From the NCBI GenBank assembly GCA_951406725.2, contig OX597823.1:38688001-38752000 (forward strand): a stretch of DNA of 64,000 nucleotides, written 5' to 3'. Position 1 is the first letter of the stretch. Each line of letters opens with the position of its first letter. Below the pieces are notes generated by a model. That model was not told where the DNA came from. It did not search any database and saw nothing but the letters and a program-made list of their open reading frames with translations. Below, in pieces: positions 25,067-38,108 of this stretch. The position numbers and the translations under genes were made by a program. The stretch comes from Octopus vulgaris (Eukaryota).

Positions 25067-26913
25067 CCTAATCACCCGTATAGTTTATCAGGTTGTCCAT
25101 GAGGAAGTCATACACAACGGTTGGTGCAGAAACATCATAGTCAACTGCTACAACGATAAAGGCGATGCATTAGACAGGAATAATTAGAGGCTTCAAACTG
25201 CTGGACCAAGGGATGAAAGTCACAAAGTCAGTCAATTAATTAGGGAAAGAGTTAGTGTAGATGAGATGCAGTTCAGATATGTGCCAGGCAGGTGTATGAC
25301 TGATGCTATATTCCTGGTAAGGCAACTGCAGGAGAAATATCTAGCTAAAAATAAACCACTGTACCTAGCTTTTGTTGACATGGAGAAAGCCTTTGACAGA
25401 GTCCCTTGCTCTCTTATCTGGTGCTCAATGCAGAAGCTGGGGATAGATGAGTGGTCAGTGAAAACTGTACAAGCCATGTACAGGGATGCTATCAGTAAGG
25501 TGAAGGTTAGCACCAAGTATAGCAAGGAATTCAGAGTACAAGTAGGGATTCACCAAAGATAGGTCCTCAGCCTCCTCTTGTTCATCATAGTCCTCCAAGA
25601 AATAACAGGAATTTAAGATAGGCTGCTCCTGGGAGCTCCTCTATGCTGATGTGACCTTGTTCTTATAGCTGAATCACTACCAGAACTAGAGAATAATTTC
25701 AGGTGTGGGAGCAAGGTCTAGAATTAAAGGGCGTTAGGTTTAATCTAGCAAAAACCAAAGTTTTAGCAAGGAGGAGAGCAGACAAATCATAATTCCCTTC
25801 AGATAAAAGAACCTGCTCAATCTGTAGAAAAGGAGTAGGTAGTAACTCCATAAGATGTATCCAGTGTAAGCTATGGACACAGAAGAGGTGCAGAAATATC
25901 AAAGGAATGTTAACAGGGAAAATAGTTTTGTGTGTGGAAGGTGCATAGGTACAATTAACACTAAAAATGTACAGAAAATAAACTCCATAAAATGCCAGGT
26001 TGGGGGAAAGAATGAGTTTATAGCTTTTGTTACCCAGGTGACCAAGTCAGTGGCAGAGATGGATGCTCCAAGAGCTTAGCAGCTAGACTAAGAATAGGCT
26101 GGGCTACGTTCAGATAGCTCCTACCTCAGTTGGTAGGAGAGAAAAGTTGGGTATAAAAGGCATCAGATGTGGTGTGCAAGAGAGACAACTGTGCTGGTAA
26201 GGTCATGTGATGTGTATGTATGAGGACAGCTGTGTGAAGAGGTGCCAGTCTCTAGCTGTGGAGGGAACCTGTGGAAGAGGTAAACCCAGAAAGAAATGGG
26301 ACAAGATGATGATACATGATCTTCGAATGTTGGGCCTGATGGAGGCAATGACAAGTGTCCGAGACCTTTGGCGATATGCTATGCTTGAGAAGACCCATCA
26401 AGCCAAGTAAAATTGCAGTCATGGCTGATGCCAGTGTCATGTAACTAGGACTTGTGCCAGTGACATATAAAAAAACACCTTTCAAACATTGGGCAACATG
26501 CTGTGCTTGAGAAGACCTGTCAAGCTAAGTGAAATTGTAGTCGTGGCTGATGCCAGAGTAATGTGCCTGGCACCCAGGCCAGTGGCGTGTAAAAAGCAAA
26601 CTTTGAGCCTCATGGAGGCAGTGACAAATGATCAAGACCTTTCGTAATATGTCATACTTGAAAAGATCTATCAAGCCAAGTGAAATTGTAGTCATGGCCA
26701 ATGTCAGTGTTTTGTAACTGACACCTGTGCCAGGGGCATGTAAAAGGCACCTACTATATTCTTGGAGTGGTTGGCATTAGGAAGGGCATCCAGCTGTAGA
26801 AACCATGCCAAATCAGACAGAAACCTGGTGCAGCTCTCCAGCTTACCAGTTTTCAGTCAAACCATCCAACTCGTGTCGGTATGGAAAACAGATGTTTGAT
26901 GATGATGATGATG
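25067..26913 (+). mobile_element. RTE LINE, 5-prime truncated, with internal deletion and reiterated 3-prime end
   Basis: TDAIFLVRQLQEKYLAKNKPLYLAFVDMEKAFDRVP (25266-25562); LYAD at ~25640; deletion near 26135; (GAT)n tail. Confidence 0.95.
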
Positions 26914-27360
26914 ATTATCATGATAATTGATGATGATTACACCAATTCTCATTGAAAAGAAAAAGACAAGCGAGAGATACATTGAATACTGTTAAGGTGA
27001 GATAAACTATTAGTGAATGAAATATAGGCTAGACTGTCATGGTAGGAATGTCTTTTACTCTACATCAGTTCTGTATTGGAGCTGACTTACTGTTAAACAA
27101 CAGTAACACATAAATATGCATATTGTTGTTGTTGTTCTTATTGTTATTACAATTCAGGTTAGCACTGATTGAGCAAATATATGATCAAATTGTTCCAGCC
27201 ACGACTATCCTACCTTTTTGTATATCCAGCACTATGTTATTAAATGTGTTCTCCTACCTCACCTTCTTTTAAGAGAGTAGGGTCTAATTTGAAGAGTGTA
27301 TAGCAGCTACTTATAGTTGAACATGCAGCTATGTAGAGGTGCCCTTCTTGGCACACAGCA

Positions 27361-27399
<39 letters not shown>

Positions 27400-28630
27400 T
27401 ATTAATTATGTAAATATATGCATGTTTAAAATGTGTGTATGTGTGTGAGTATGAGCATAAGCAATTGAGGAAGTGACTGTGAGATATGGGAAGATAAGTG
27501 AATGAATGTTGGAGAGGGGCAGGGGGGGAAGGCGAGGAAGAATTAAAATGGAATGGAGCTGAATTACCGTTATCATAACCTTCATCAACTTTATCATTAT
27601 CACCACAACTATACCATTACCAAATCCCCCACACCCACCAGTCTTTATTATCACTACCACCATCACCCCCCCACCTCACAGACTATTATGACCACCACCA
27701 CTAACACTACCTTTTCTTTAGTAATCTTCTAGTCTCTTATATTTTGGTAAAGGCCAAGGGAATGATTTATTCAATCTCTAGTTTAGATTCATTACTGAAC
27801 TAGCTACATCCATGCTGTCCATACACACACATACAATATATACATACACTGTTGTTAGAAGCTATATACGGTTGTTATATACACTGTATACACTGCTGAC
27901 AGCAGCTTCAGGGGAAATAAAATAATATATAAACAAACTGTGATGATTCATATTTCCTTACTCTAAGATATTTTTGAAATATTTGACTAAAAAATACATA
28001 CATTACTCACATACACATAGAGACATACTCATACACATTCAAAACTCACAAGTAAATGCAGACACAAAAAGACAAAAACGCAAAAAAACATGCTTCAAGC
28101 AGATATACACACAAACACTCACAGATACTCACACACAAATATACATAAATGCATATGCACACATACATACAGAATTTGTAAATAATCATATAAAAAAGTT
28201 ATAATTTCTTGCAAAAACCAAAGCTTGGTATTATGCAAGAAGGGAAATAGGAGTGAAGAAATGAGGGTGAAGATGATAACACAGGTGATGTTTATCACTG
28301 TTTTCATTTCCTCTGAGACCTAAGTATTTAGAAAATTAGAATGATAGTTACAGGATCAAAGATGTTGTCTGCTTGAGAATGGGACAAGCTGCCACATGTT
28401 TCCATTGATTTGGCTACATCTTTAATGAGGTATGAAGATTGGGGGAATCAGGTGAACCCAAAGATAGGTTTGGGACAAGTCATTTCAGTGTGGTAGAAGG
28501 AACACTATCAGAATTAGACACATTGTTATGGTTGGAATAATTAGTAAAGGTTTCGCTCTTGTTTTCCATGAGTATATGCAGAATTGGTGTAGACATTTGG
28601 GAAAGGACACTAACATGTGTGTGTTTGTGT

Positions 28631-28666
<36 letters not shown>

Positions 28667-29194
28667 GTGTGTGTGCATACAGTCTGGCCTATGAAATAAA
28701 GCAGGCAACAAATACAGTGACTTCATGGGTGGGAGTGCTACAAACATCTTGGTTGAGTAATAATGGTTAAGAGATATCTTCAAGGATAGCAGAGATCCTC
28801 TTGGCAAAAAACCATAAGGCTTGGCCACAGAACAGTGAATTTGTAAACTACGTAGTGTATTTATATAAACATATACTTTTCTTGTCTGGTGGTTGTTAAT
28901 CAGGTGTTGTGGAGGTAAATGCCTATTGTTTGGTGCTAATGTCATTATAATGACATGGATCAACGGCAGTCTATTTGTGAATAATGTTTTTAGTTAATCT
29001 TGTTAGAAGCAACACAGGAATAGAGTAATGGATTAAATGGAGAAGGGATTACTTAGGTGTCAATATTAGACTTACCAAGAAAACAGTAGATTTGTGCAGT
29101 TCTTTTAGAAAAGATATAAATTAAAGAGAACTAGATAAGATAGATAGACAGGTATACATATATGTATTATGTATTTGTGTATATGTGTGCATGA

Positions 29195-29246
<52 letters not shown>

Positions 29247-30508
29247 CATATATATATATATATATATATATAATCACAAATCTCCAACAAACAGTAATGT
29301 AAAAATCTGAGTAACAGTTTGTGAAGATTTTTTCAGCTTTAATAAAAAGCACGTTACTCTACCTTTGGTATTCAAGTACTAGTTTTCCCACCTTGTTAAT
29401 TTAGGAGATTGACTGTTGCATATATATAAAAAATATATATATATGCACAATTAGATAGTTAGATACATACATACATATGTGTGTGCGTGTTTGGGACAAT
29501 AAATGAAATAAATAGAACTTTAAAACATGAGTAGATGTATTTTATTCTTAATTGATTTAAATTAAAATGTAACTCAAGGACCTAGAGTTTCAGAAACTCA
29601 CAAATCTTAACCCATTTTGTTGCTTTTGGTGATTAAAAAACAAATAATAATAATTATATATCTATATACATCTAAACAGTTTAAAATTGCATGCCATATA
29701 TAGAAGTGTATGTTGTGTGTGTGGCTATAAAAGGGTATTAAATTTAAAACTGTTAAAGGAGACAAAGTGTTAGTAAAACCAAATGTAAAAGGCTTATAAT
29801 ACAACCTCAAGGCTAAGGTTAAATTACGTAATTCAGCTGGACTTAGTATATAAAAGGTAAAATGATATTCTCAGTTTTCAGGAAATTACTCAGTTTACAG
29901 GAGACAAAAGAGCCTACAGCATAGTAGTAATTTAATAACTAATTCTAATATGTTACTAAATTGTAACTGTAAAAAGGTTAAAAAGAAGAGGAAAATAAAA
30001 CCACTGTTCGAGGACAGCTGACTCTAATCCTTCTCATAGAAATCAAAATGAGAATAACTCTAGCTCCATGATACAAACTACCTGTTTTAAAGAGACATAA
30101 GTTAAAACCTGCCATCAAAATTTCATGTTAATTTATGTTTGAAACATCAGCTTAATAATAACAAGAGTTATACACTAAATTCTTCATTATTTTAAAATTA
30201 ATTGAAACACAATCAGTCTATTTCAAGAGAAATATGGTAACAAAAGGGCTAAAGGTATAATACACTTAGGAGCTTTAAAGTAATATTCATCTGAAAGTTA
30301 GACAGGTTAGGTGTTCTCTGGATCTGAGTTCAAGTGATTAGATTTCAGAAGCCCAAGGCAGATACGTTTGTGAGTTGTAATTTGTCTAAAACTAATCTCT
30401 GCACTCACATTGATGTTGCTTATTTTAGTTCACAAAACAACAATGGCTTTACATTGAAACACTGAAGCTTTACACAGTTAGTGGGACTAAAAATAAATTG
30501 ACCCTGAC

Positions 30509-30662
30509 CAGAGAGATAGCAAGAGAGGGGATAAGTGGGGCAGGCATGTCACCACACATGCAGGTTTGAAGGGGTGCCTGTTAATTAAGGAGTAGGAGGG
30601 GAAGCACCAGCAGTGAATTTACCCTCCTCCCCCTGACAATGAGAACTCTTGCTACCTCACTG
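30509..30662. mobile_element. Small hAT-like MITE
   Basis: 17-bp imperfect TIRs cagagagatagcaagag / ctcttgctacctcactg; no 8-bp TSD visible. Confidence 0.4.
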
Positions 30663-30784
30663 CAGAGTGGTACCAAAATAGATGTAAAGAATGTTACCAA
30701 ATAGTAATGACATGAAAAGCATGAGATGTTTTTCTTGTTTATGATGACAATGAAATAAAGTAAAACTACTTTTTAAAATTAGAT

Positions 30785-30998
30785 CCTTCCTTCTGCAGGC
30801 ACAAGGTTTGAAATTTATGGGGAACGGGCTAGTCAGTTATATCAACTCTAGTGTTCAACTGGTACTTATTTCATCTATCCTGAAAAGATGAAAGGCAAAG
30901 TTGACCTCAGTGGAATCTGAACTCAGACCATAAAGAACAAGAAAAATACTGTGAAACAGTTTTGTCTAACATGCTAATGCTTTTGCCAGCTCGCTGCC

Positions 30999-31063
<65 letters not shown>

Positions 31064-31067
31064 GTAA

Positions 31068-31104
<37 letters not shown>
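30785..31104 (-). mobile_element. Nin-type SINE plus compound (ATT)(AAT)(AGT) microsatellite
   Basis: SINE body at 30785-31000; microsatellite at 31000-31104. Confidence 0.8.
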
Positions 31105-31105
<1 letters not shown>

Positions 31106-31551
31106 CTGTCCTGTATAGGATGCCACACTTGGTTGGCAATTATATGTTACGATTCCGTACTGCTACTGTTTATATTTTGCTCAGAGATTTAATATAGTTT
31201 ATTTCTCCTTTTTCGAGATCAGTGACAGTTTGTCGCTGGAAAAAGCATAGAGAAATTGCAAGTGGAATGAGTTTTCATCACTAGCCTGTGATTAGCACAT
31301 GCTAAGGAATGGTAACCACACAGAAACTCAAGTTTGTTTGTATCACGTAAGGTTAGAGATGGGAGCGATGACCTCCCCTCACAAATACTAATTGGACACA
31401 GAATGTGTGTTGTTAGCCAACTGGAAGAGATGTCTTTCTGGGGCTATAAAAGTCAGTAGCACTGTCCTGTATAGGATGCCACACTTGATTAGCAATTATA
31501 TGTAACAATTCCATACTGCTACTGTTTATATCTCGCTCAGATTTAATATAG
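31105..31551 (+). repeat. ~92-bp direct repeats (31105-31197 and 31461-31551) around a ~265-bp spacer; LTR/TRIM-like
   Basis: actgtcctgtataggatgccacactt...ctgctactgtttata...atttaatatag occurs twice. Confidence 0.75.
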
Positions 31552-32077
31552 CTAAAAATAATACTCCTTTCTAGTAAAAGCACAAGGCCAGAAATATTTT
31601 TTTTTGGCGGGGGGTCTAGTTGAGTATACCAACCCCAGTGTGTAACTGGTACTTATGTTATTGACTTCAAACAGAGGAAAGCAAAGTTGACTTTAGTAGA
31701 ATTTGAAGATGGATGAAATGCAGCTAAGTATTTTGTCTAGCCTGCTAAATTCTATACACTGTAAGGTTTCTTTAGCAGATGACATGATATAGGATTAGAT
31801 CTCACCAAAACAGCCAATTTCCTGCCATATTACTTTCATGTATGCCTGTATGTGTGTGATGAATCTTGTTTGTTGGGAAGATGAGGCTGAAGAACTGCAA
31901 GTGAAAACAACCAATTCTATAGAAGTATAGTTTGATACAAAAAAAATTGCCAAGTGTATGAACATGAAAATCAAAACGATGATGCATATATTTATTCTTA
32001 ATATGTCTTGGGAGATTTGAATAAGAATATTCTAATCGCTGGTGTGTTTCATCATCAGAGAAGAAATTTACAGATGA

Positions 32078-34604
32078 ATGTGCATCTGGCACAAAGTCCC
32101 TTCCAGACCTAGAGTAATGTGGTGGTGGGATAATACAGTAGACAAGGTCATTAGAGCAAAGAAACAGGCTTGGAAAGCCTGGAAGAGTAGGGGTAGCAGG
32201 AAACTGTACCAGATAGCCAGAAGGGAGGCTGAGAGACAGGTCTATCTAGCCAAGAGAGAAGAAGAAAAGAATTACTTTGCCAATGTTCAGCAATGTGAGG
32301 ACCAAAGAACTGAAGTATTTCAGATTGCAAGACAGTGTGCGAGAGAAAATTGTGATGTCACAGGAGAGAAATGTGTCCGCATGGATGATGGAGCACTTAC
32401 TTTTACAGATTCTGCAAAGAAAGAGGCTTGGAGCAGCCATTATGAAAGGTTGCTGAATGTGGGGAATGAATGGGAGAAGGAGAGTCTGCCAAATATTGAC
32501 ATAATAGCGGGTCCAGCTACCCGAATAGATAGCACCCTGGTAGATAAAGCAATTAAGGATATGAAGGCAGGAAATGCCCCCAGCCCATCAGGAATCATTG
32601 ATGAGATGCTTAAAGTACCTGGTGGTATGGGTTATGGCCTAGTCACTCATATTGTAAACCAAATAGTTCACGAAGGAGTCATACCCAATGATAGGCATAG
32701 TAGCACCATAGTCAACTGCTACAAAGGTAAAGGCGATGCATTAGATAGAAATAACTGCAGGGGTATCAAACTGCTGGATCAGGTGATGAAGGTCATGGAG
32801 AGGGTCGTAGACCAACTAAGTAGGGAGAGAGTCAGCTTAGATGAGATGCAGTTCGGTTTTGTGCCAGGTGGAAGCACCACTGATGCTATATTCCTGGTAT
32901 GGCAACTGCAGGAGAAATACCTAGCCAATGATAAACCCCTATACTTAACTTTTTTTGACTTGGAGAACACCTTTTACAGTGTACCCCAATCCCTTACCTG
33001 GTGGTCAATGTAGAAACTGGGGATAGACGAGTGGTTAATAAGAGCTGTGCAGGGATGCTGTTAGTAAAGTAAGGGTCAGCAATGAGTATAGTGAAGAATT
33101 CCGGGTAGAAGTAGGGATTCACCAAGAATCAGCCATCAGTCCCCTTTTATTTGTCATAGTCCTCCATGTAATAACAGAGGAATTCAAGACAGGTTGCCCC
33201 TGGGAGCTCCTCTATGCTGATGATCTTGCTCTCATAGCAAAATTACTATTAGAACTATAGAAGAAATTTCAGGTGTGGAAGCAAGGTTTAGAATCAAAGG
33301 GCCTTAGAGTCAATGTTGCAAAGACCAAATCCTAGTAAGTAGGAAGGCGAACACATCACATATCCCTTCAGGTAGGTGGCCCTGCTCAATCTGTAGAAAA
33401 AGTGTAGGTAGAAACTCCATAAGATGTGCCGAGTATAAGCTATGGATGCATAAGAGGTGCAGCAACATCAAAGGAAGATTAACTGGGAAGATAGATTTTG
33501 TGTGCGGCAGATGCACAGGTGCAATAAACACCGCAGATGCTCAGAAAACTGATTCCAAAAGATACCAGGGGGAGAAACTAGAAATAGTTGATAGCTTCTG
33601 AGTCTGTAATAAGGGGTGGATGCTTGGAGAGCATTGCCACTAGAATAAAAATAACCTGGGCAAAAGTTTAGAAACCTCCCACCTTTACTGGTAACAAAGG
33701 GCCTCTCGCTTAGAGTGAAAGGTAGATTGTATGAATCATGCATGGAAACTGCCATGCTACATGGCAGTGAAACATGGGCCATGACTGCTGAAGACATGTG
33801 TAGGCTTGAAAGAAATGAAGCTAGTATGATCCACTGGATGTGTAATGTCAGTGTGCATACACTACAGAGTGTAAGTGCTCTGAGTGAAAAGTTGGATTTA
33901 AGAAGCATCAGATGTGGTATGCATGAGAGACATCTGTACTGATATAGTCATGTGCTGCATATGAATGAGGGGAGCTGTGTGAAAAAGTGTCACTCCCTAA
34001 CTGTGGAAGGAACCTGTGGTAGAGGGAAACATAGGAAGACATGGAATGAGGTGGTGAAGCATGACCTTCAAACGTTGGACCTCACATAGGCAATGATGAA
34101 AGACTGAGACCTCTGGAGATATGCTGTGATTGAGAAGACCTGGCAAGTAAAGTGAGATCACAGCCATAGCCTACACCAGTGTTGCTTAACCAGACAATTT
34201 AAAAAGTACCTTTGAATCATCGGGTGACATTCCATGCTTGAGGAGACCTATTGAGTCAAGTAAAATCAAAATACAAACAAAATCAAATCAAATCACAGTC
34301 AAATGGAATTGTAGTTGTGGCTGATGCCAGTGTCACATGACTGGCTCTCATGCTGGTGGCATGCAATAAGCACCATGCATGCGTGGGTTGTTGCCAGTGC
34401 TACCTGACTGGATCCCCATGCCGGTGGCACGTAAAAAGCACCCACTACACTCTCAGAGTGGTTGCTGTTAGGAAGGGCATCAAGCTGTAGAAACACTGCC
34501 AGATCAGATTGAAGTGCGGCCTCCTGGCTTGCCAGTCCCCAGTCAAACCATCCAACCCAGGCCAGCATGGAAAATGTACATTAAACAATGATGATGATGA
34601 CGAT
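32078..34604 (+). mobile_element. RTE LINE, longest copy in the window, 5-prime truncated and inactivated
   Basis: 311-aa ORF 32078-33013 (WWWDNTV...YKGKGDALDRNNCRGIKLL...QFGFVPGGSTTDAIF); ELLYADDL at ~33205; later stops; (GAT)n tail. Confidence 0.96.
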
Positions 34605-34649
34605 ACTGCTGAAGACCAGAAGCAAATTAAAAGAACAAGATACTGATGC

Positions 34650-35035
34650 ATTGGTTTCAAGTTTTGGTACAAGGCCAGCAACTTCAGAGGAGGGGCTAAG
34701 TTGATGACATCGACCCTAGTGTTCAACTGGTACATATTTTATCGACCTTGCAAAGATGAAAGGAAAGTTGACCCCAACAGCATTTGAACTCAAAACATAA
34801 AGACAGACGAAATGCTGCTAAGCACTTTAACCAGCATGCAAACAATTCTGCCAGCTCACCACCCTACAAGATTCTGAAATACTGGCTCCAAATATTGGCA
34901 CAAAGCCTGCAATTTGGGGGATGGGGGATAAGTTGATTACATCAACCCCAGTACTCAACTGACACTTATTTTTTCAACCCTGAAAGGATGAAAGGGAAAA
35001 TTGATTTTGACAGTATTTGAACTCAGAACATAAAA
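34650..35035 (-). mobile_element. Two tandem Nin-type SINEs
   Basis: Two SINE bodies, with acaagat(a/t)ct before, between and after them. Confidence 0.8.
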
Positions 35036-36037
35036 ACAGTTTGCTGCTCTACAAGATACTCAAATATTAATCAAACAACTAAAAAGAGAGAGAGAAAGAG
35101 AGAGAGAGAGCAAAGGAAATCTATTATGGCTATCATGAGAGGATAAAATAAAAGACTGACTAGTTGTAAAAATAATCATACAGGGAATAAGAAATGGCAA
35201 TTCAATTAGCAATGCTCAAGAGAAATTTGAATTCATGAACTGTGGGTTCAGCTGTATTGCCCTCTCTCCTTATATCCAGCAACTTCACCTCTCTGGCATC
35301 TCTACTTTCAATAAAACTGCCCTTTCTCCTTGTACACAATAATTTCACCTCACCGTTTGGCTATCAGAAAATCAATCAATCAATAAATCAATGAAAGAAC
35401 ATTACTACTCAGACAACGTGACCAAACCTCAATGGTTTATTTATTTATTATTTATTTTTTTTTACAGTTCAGTTATTCCAATTTAGAATATAGTAAATAT
35501 GGTTCAAATGGAATTGTCTCATGGTAGTTCTCTTAGACTATCTTAGGAAATAGTCTGTGAATCTTAACAATTACATACTTACTGACTTGTACAGTTTTTA
35601 CCATGATATTGTTATATTGTATGTATAACTGATACAGTTTGTCTCTATATATTAGATTATAATAGAGAGTATATGTCATCATACATTATTTCTGTGTCAC
35701 AGGTCATGTTGATTTTAAACAACCCCCTCATCCAGTTGACCATGATCAAAGTGCTGCACTACACTATGATCATTATTTTTTTTAATCAAGGACTATATTA
35801 TCCTATGCCCTTGAACTTCACCAATGTCCCATTGTTAATATATTCCACTCATATATGACACAGACTGTTTTATATCCAGAAGTATGATACTAAAAACAAA
35901 AGCAACGAATACACTTTTCATCCTTTTTACTGGTTTCCATCATTTATTTAAAGTCATGATGGAGCACTGCTTTATTTAGTTGATCATTTCAATCTCATAT
36001 TTACATCATCAATTTCATATTGTCAACTACTAAATTT

Positions 36038-36107
36038 CAGAATTACAGAAACCAAGCCAAAAACAGACTATGGAACCTGTTTTTTTGGCTTGGTTTCTGT
36101 AATTCTG
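36038..36107. repeat. Short hairpin: 29-bp stem, 10-nt loop
   Basis: cagaattacagaaaccaagccaaaaacag-actatggaac-ctgtttttttggcttggtttctgtaattctg. Confidence 0.9.
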
Positions 36108-36149
36108 TTAACAAGTGAAATAAACATCAGAGATGCTATGCCTCTTGCA

Positions 36150-36640
36150 GAAACTGCAGGAGCCACTCAGAGGTTTTGCAAGTTATCTAAATCCAATGCG
36201 ATGCTGGAAACACTTCTGTATCATCAGCAGGCATCTCAGGGTCACAAGCATATCACCCCTTAGCCTTTATACTTTACCAAAGTGGGGTAGCAAGGACTGA
36301 GCTCATCTTCATCTACAGAAGAATTCCACTTGTGGTCTCTTATCAACCATAATTATCTTGAGCTAGTTTCAGCTGCCTATTTCCTTGGTGGCTTTCTTCA
36401 GTTGTTTGGGTCCCAGATCTATCTCCAGCAGGAAATAGGACATGGATCTAGATAGAAAGCCATGACAGTTGACTTCAGTGGGGAATGAGGCCACATGCCA
36501 GTGTCTGACAAAGGCTGCATCAACCAATCTTGATATTTTGAATTCTTTACGTGATGGGAAATATCAAGTCTGTCCTCCCAGAGCACTGCGAATTTGACCA
36601 CAATCATTGCTTTTGTATTCCTGGAGAGCAGGAATATACA
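36150..36640 (-). mobile_element. HERO/NeSL-like RLE non-LTR retrotransposon 3-prime fragment
   Basis: LLSRNTKAMIVVKFAVLWEDRLDISHHVKNSKYQD, then after a frameshift WHVASFPTEVNCHGF. This resembles ELTVPWE...KxxKY...PxEVGxRGF. Confidence 0.65.
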
Positions 36641-36649
36641 TTATAGATA

Positions 36650-36990
36650 GTGTGTCATCAACCACATGGTTCCAGGTTCCGTTCTCCTGCATGGTACCTT
36701 GGGTGAGTGTCTACTTATAGCCACGGACCAACAAGAGCGTTGTGAGTAGATTTGATAGACAGAAACTGAAAGATTCCTGTCATAATAATAATACACACAC
36801 ATAATTGAGCATGTCCTCCACTACTGACAACTGATGTTAGTGTGTTTATGTTCCTGTAACTTAGTGATTTGGCAAGAGAGCTTAATAGAATAAATATTAG
36901 GCTTTAAAAAAAGTACTAGGGTCAACTCATTTGGCAAAAAATTCTTCAAGGAAGTGTTCCAGTGTGGCTGTAGTCTAATGTCTGATACAC
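36650..36990 (+). mobile_element. CORE-type tRNA SINE; same family at ~660-890 (-), 5000-5225, 24765-24845 and 60364-60745
   Basis: accacatggttccaggttc...accttggg.gagtgtct...gtgagtagattt...gaaactgaaaga. Confidence 0.75.
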
Positions 36991-37119
36991 GTAAAAAAAA
37001 AATACACACACATACATAGGAACATTTAATGACATTCTCGTAATTTTAAATGCCCACACAGATACACACACATATTAGCTGACAGCAAGACAGTAGTTAA
37101 TCTACAGTCTTTGTTTTAA

Positions 37120-37578
37120 TATTGGTTTCAAATTTTGGTAAAAGGTCAGCAATTTCATGGGAGGGGTAAGTTGATCACATCAAGCAAGTGTCCAATTGGA
37201 CACTTTATTGACCCTATAAAGATGAAAGGCAAAGTTGACTTTGACTGAATTTGAACTCAGAACGTAAGGGCAAATGAAATGCCACTAAGCATTCTGTATG
37301 GCATGCAAACAATTCTGCCGAATTACTTCCCTAGTCTTTGTTTTAAATATTAAACATTGTTAAGGCAGTGAGCTGGCAGAATCATTAGCACACTAGGCAA
37401 AATGCTTAGCAGCATTTCATCTTTCTTTATGTTTTGAGTTCAAATTCCACTGAGGTCAACTTTGCATTTCATCCTTTTAGAGTTCATAAAATAAGTACCA
37501 GCTGAACACCGGTGCTATTGTAAATGATATAACCCCTCCCCTAAACATACTGGCCTGGTGCCAAAATTCGAAACCAAA
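37120..37578. mobile_element. Head-to-head pair of Nin-type SINEs (37120-37330 minus; 37363-37578 plus)
   Basis: Same family in opposite orientation, ~30 bp apart. The first copy is flanked by agtctttgtttta(a)atatt. Confidence 0.8.
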
Positions 37579-38007
37579 ATTACACGATGTTCATGAATAT
37601 GATTAAACTATCAGGGAGATGTTTCAAGTCCAGCTATGCATTGGAGATAGAAAAATAAGTGCTGTATAAATTTCAACATTCCTCTGCAGCTTTTACACAT
37701 AAGTTTTATATACATAGGTTTTATGTATAGACGGTAACTGTCTTAAAAGGATTATCATATAAAATTCACAAAAGGTGTACTTAGATGCTACACAAAGACT
37801 GAACTTTTAGCAGTGCTTTACAAATACTGTGATCTTTTAGCAGTATAATGGACAAGACAGACATTTTGATATTCAATTTGCACTGAATAGTTTTAACATT
37901 GTTGTGTGTGTGTTTATTTGAACATGACACTTGACTGTTAAGTACTGACTAGGATGGTTTTTAATATTATAATGTGATATCTTATATATAACTGACATGG
38001 TGTGTGG

Positions 38008-38073
<66 letters not shown>

Positions 38074-38108
38074 TGATAGATAGATGCATACATACATGCA
38101 TTTATATA

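Noticed and set aside
29275-29400. Third hammerhead-like Penelope terminus
   Set aside because: Core nucleotides are too degraded in this copy to support from the sequence alone.
30907-31192. ORFs with poly-I/V/T, and similar YIYI, CVCV and HTHT ORFs elsewhere
   Set aside because: Translations of microsatellites.
32078-33013. 311-aa ORF as a functional gene or active reverse transcriptase
   Set aside because: It is part of a 5-prime-truncated RTE copy and stops before the YADD motif, with further stops and frameshifts downstream.
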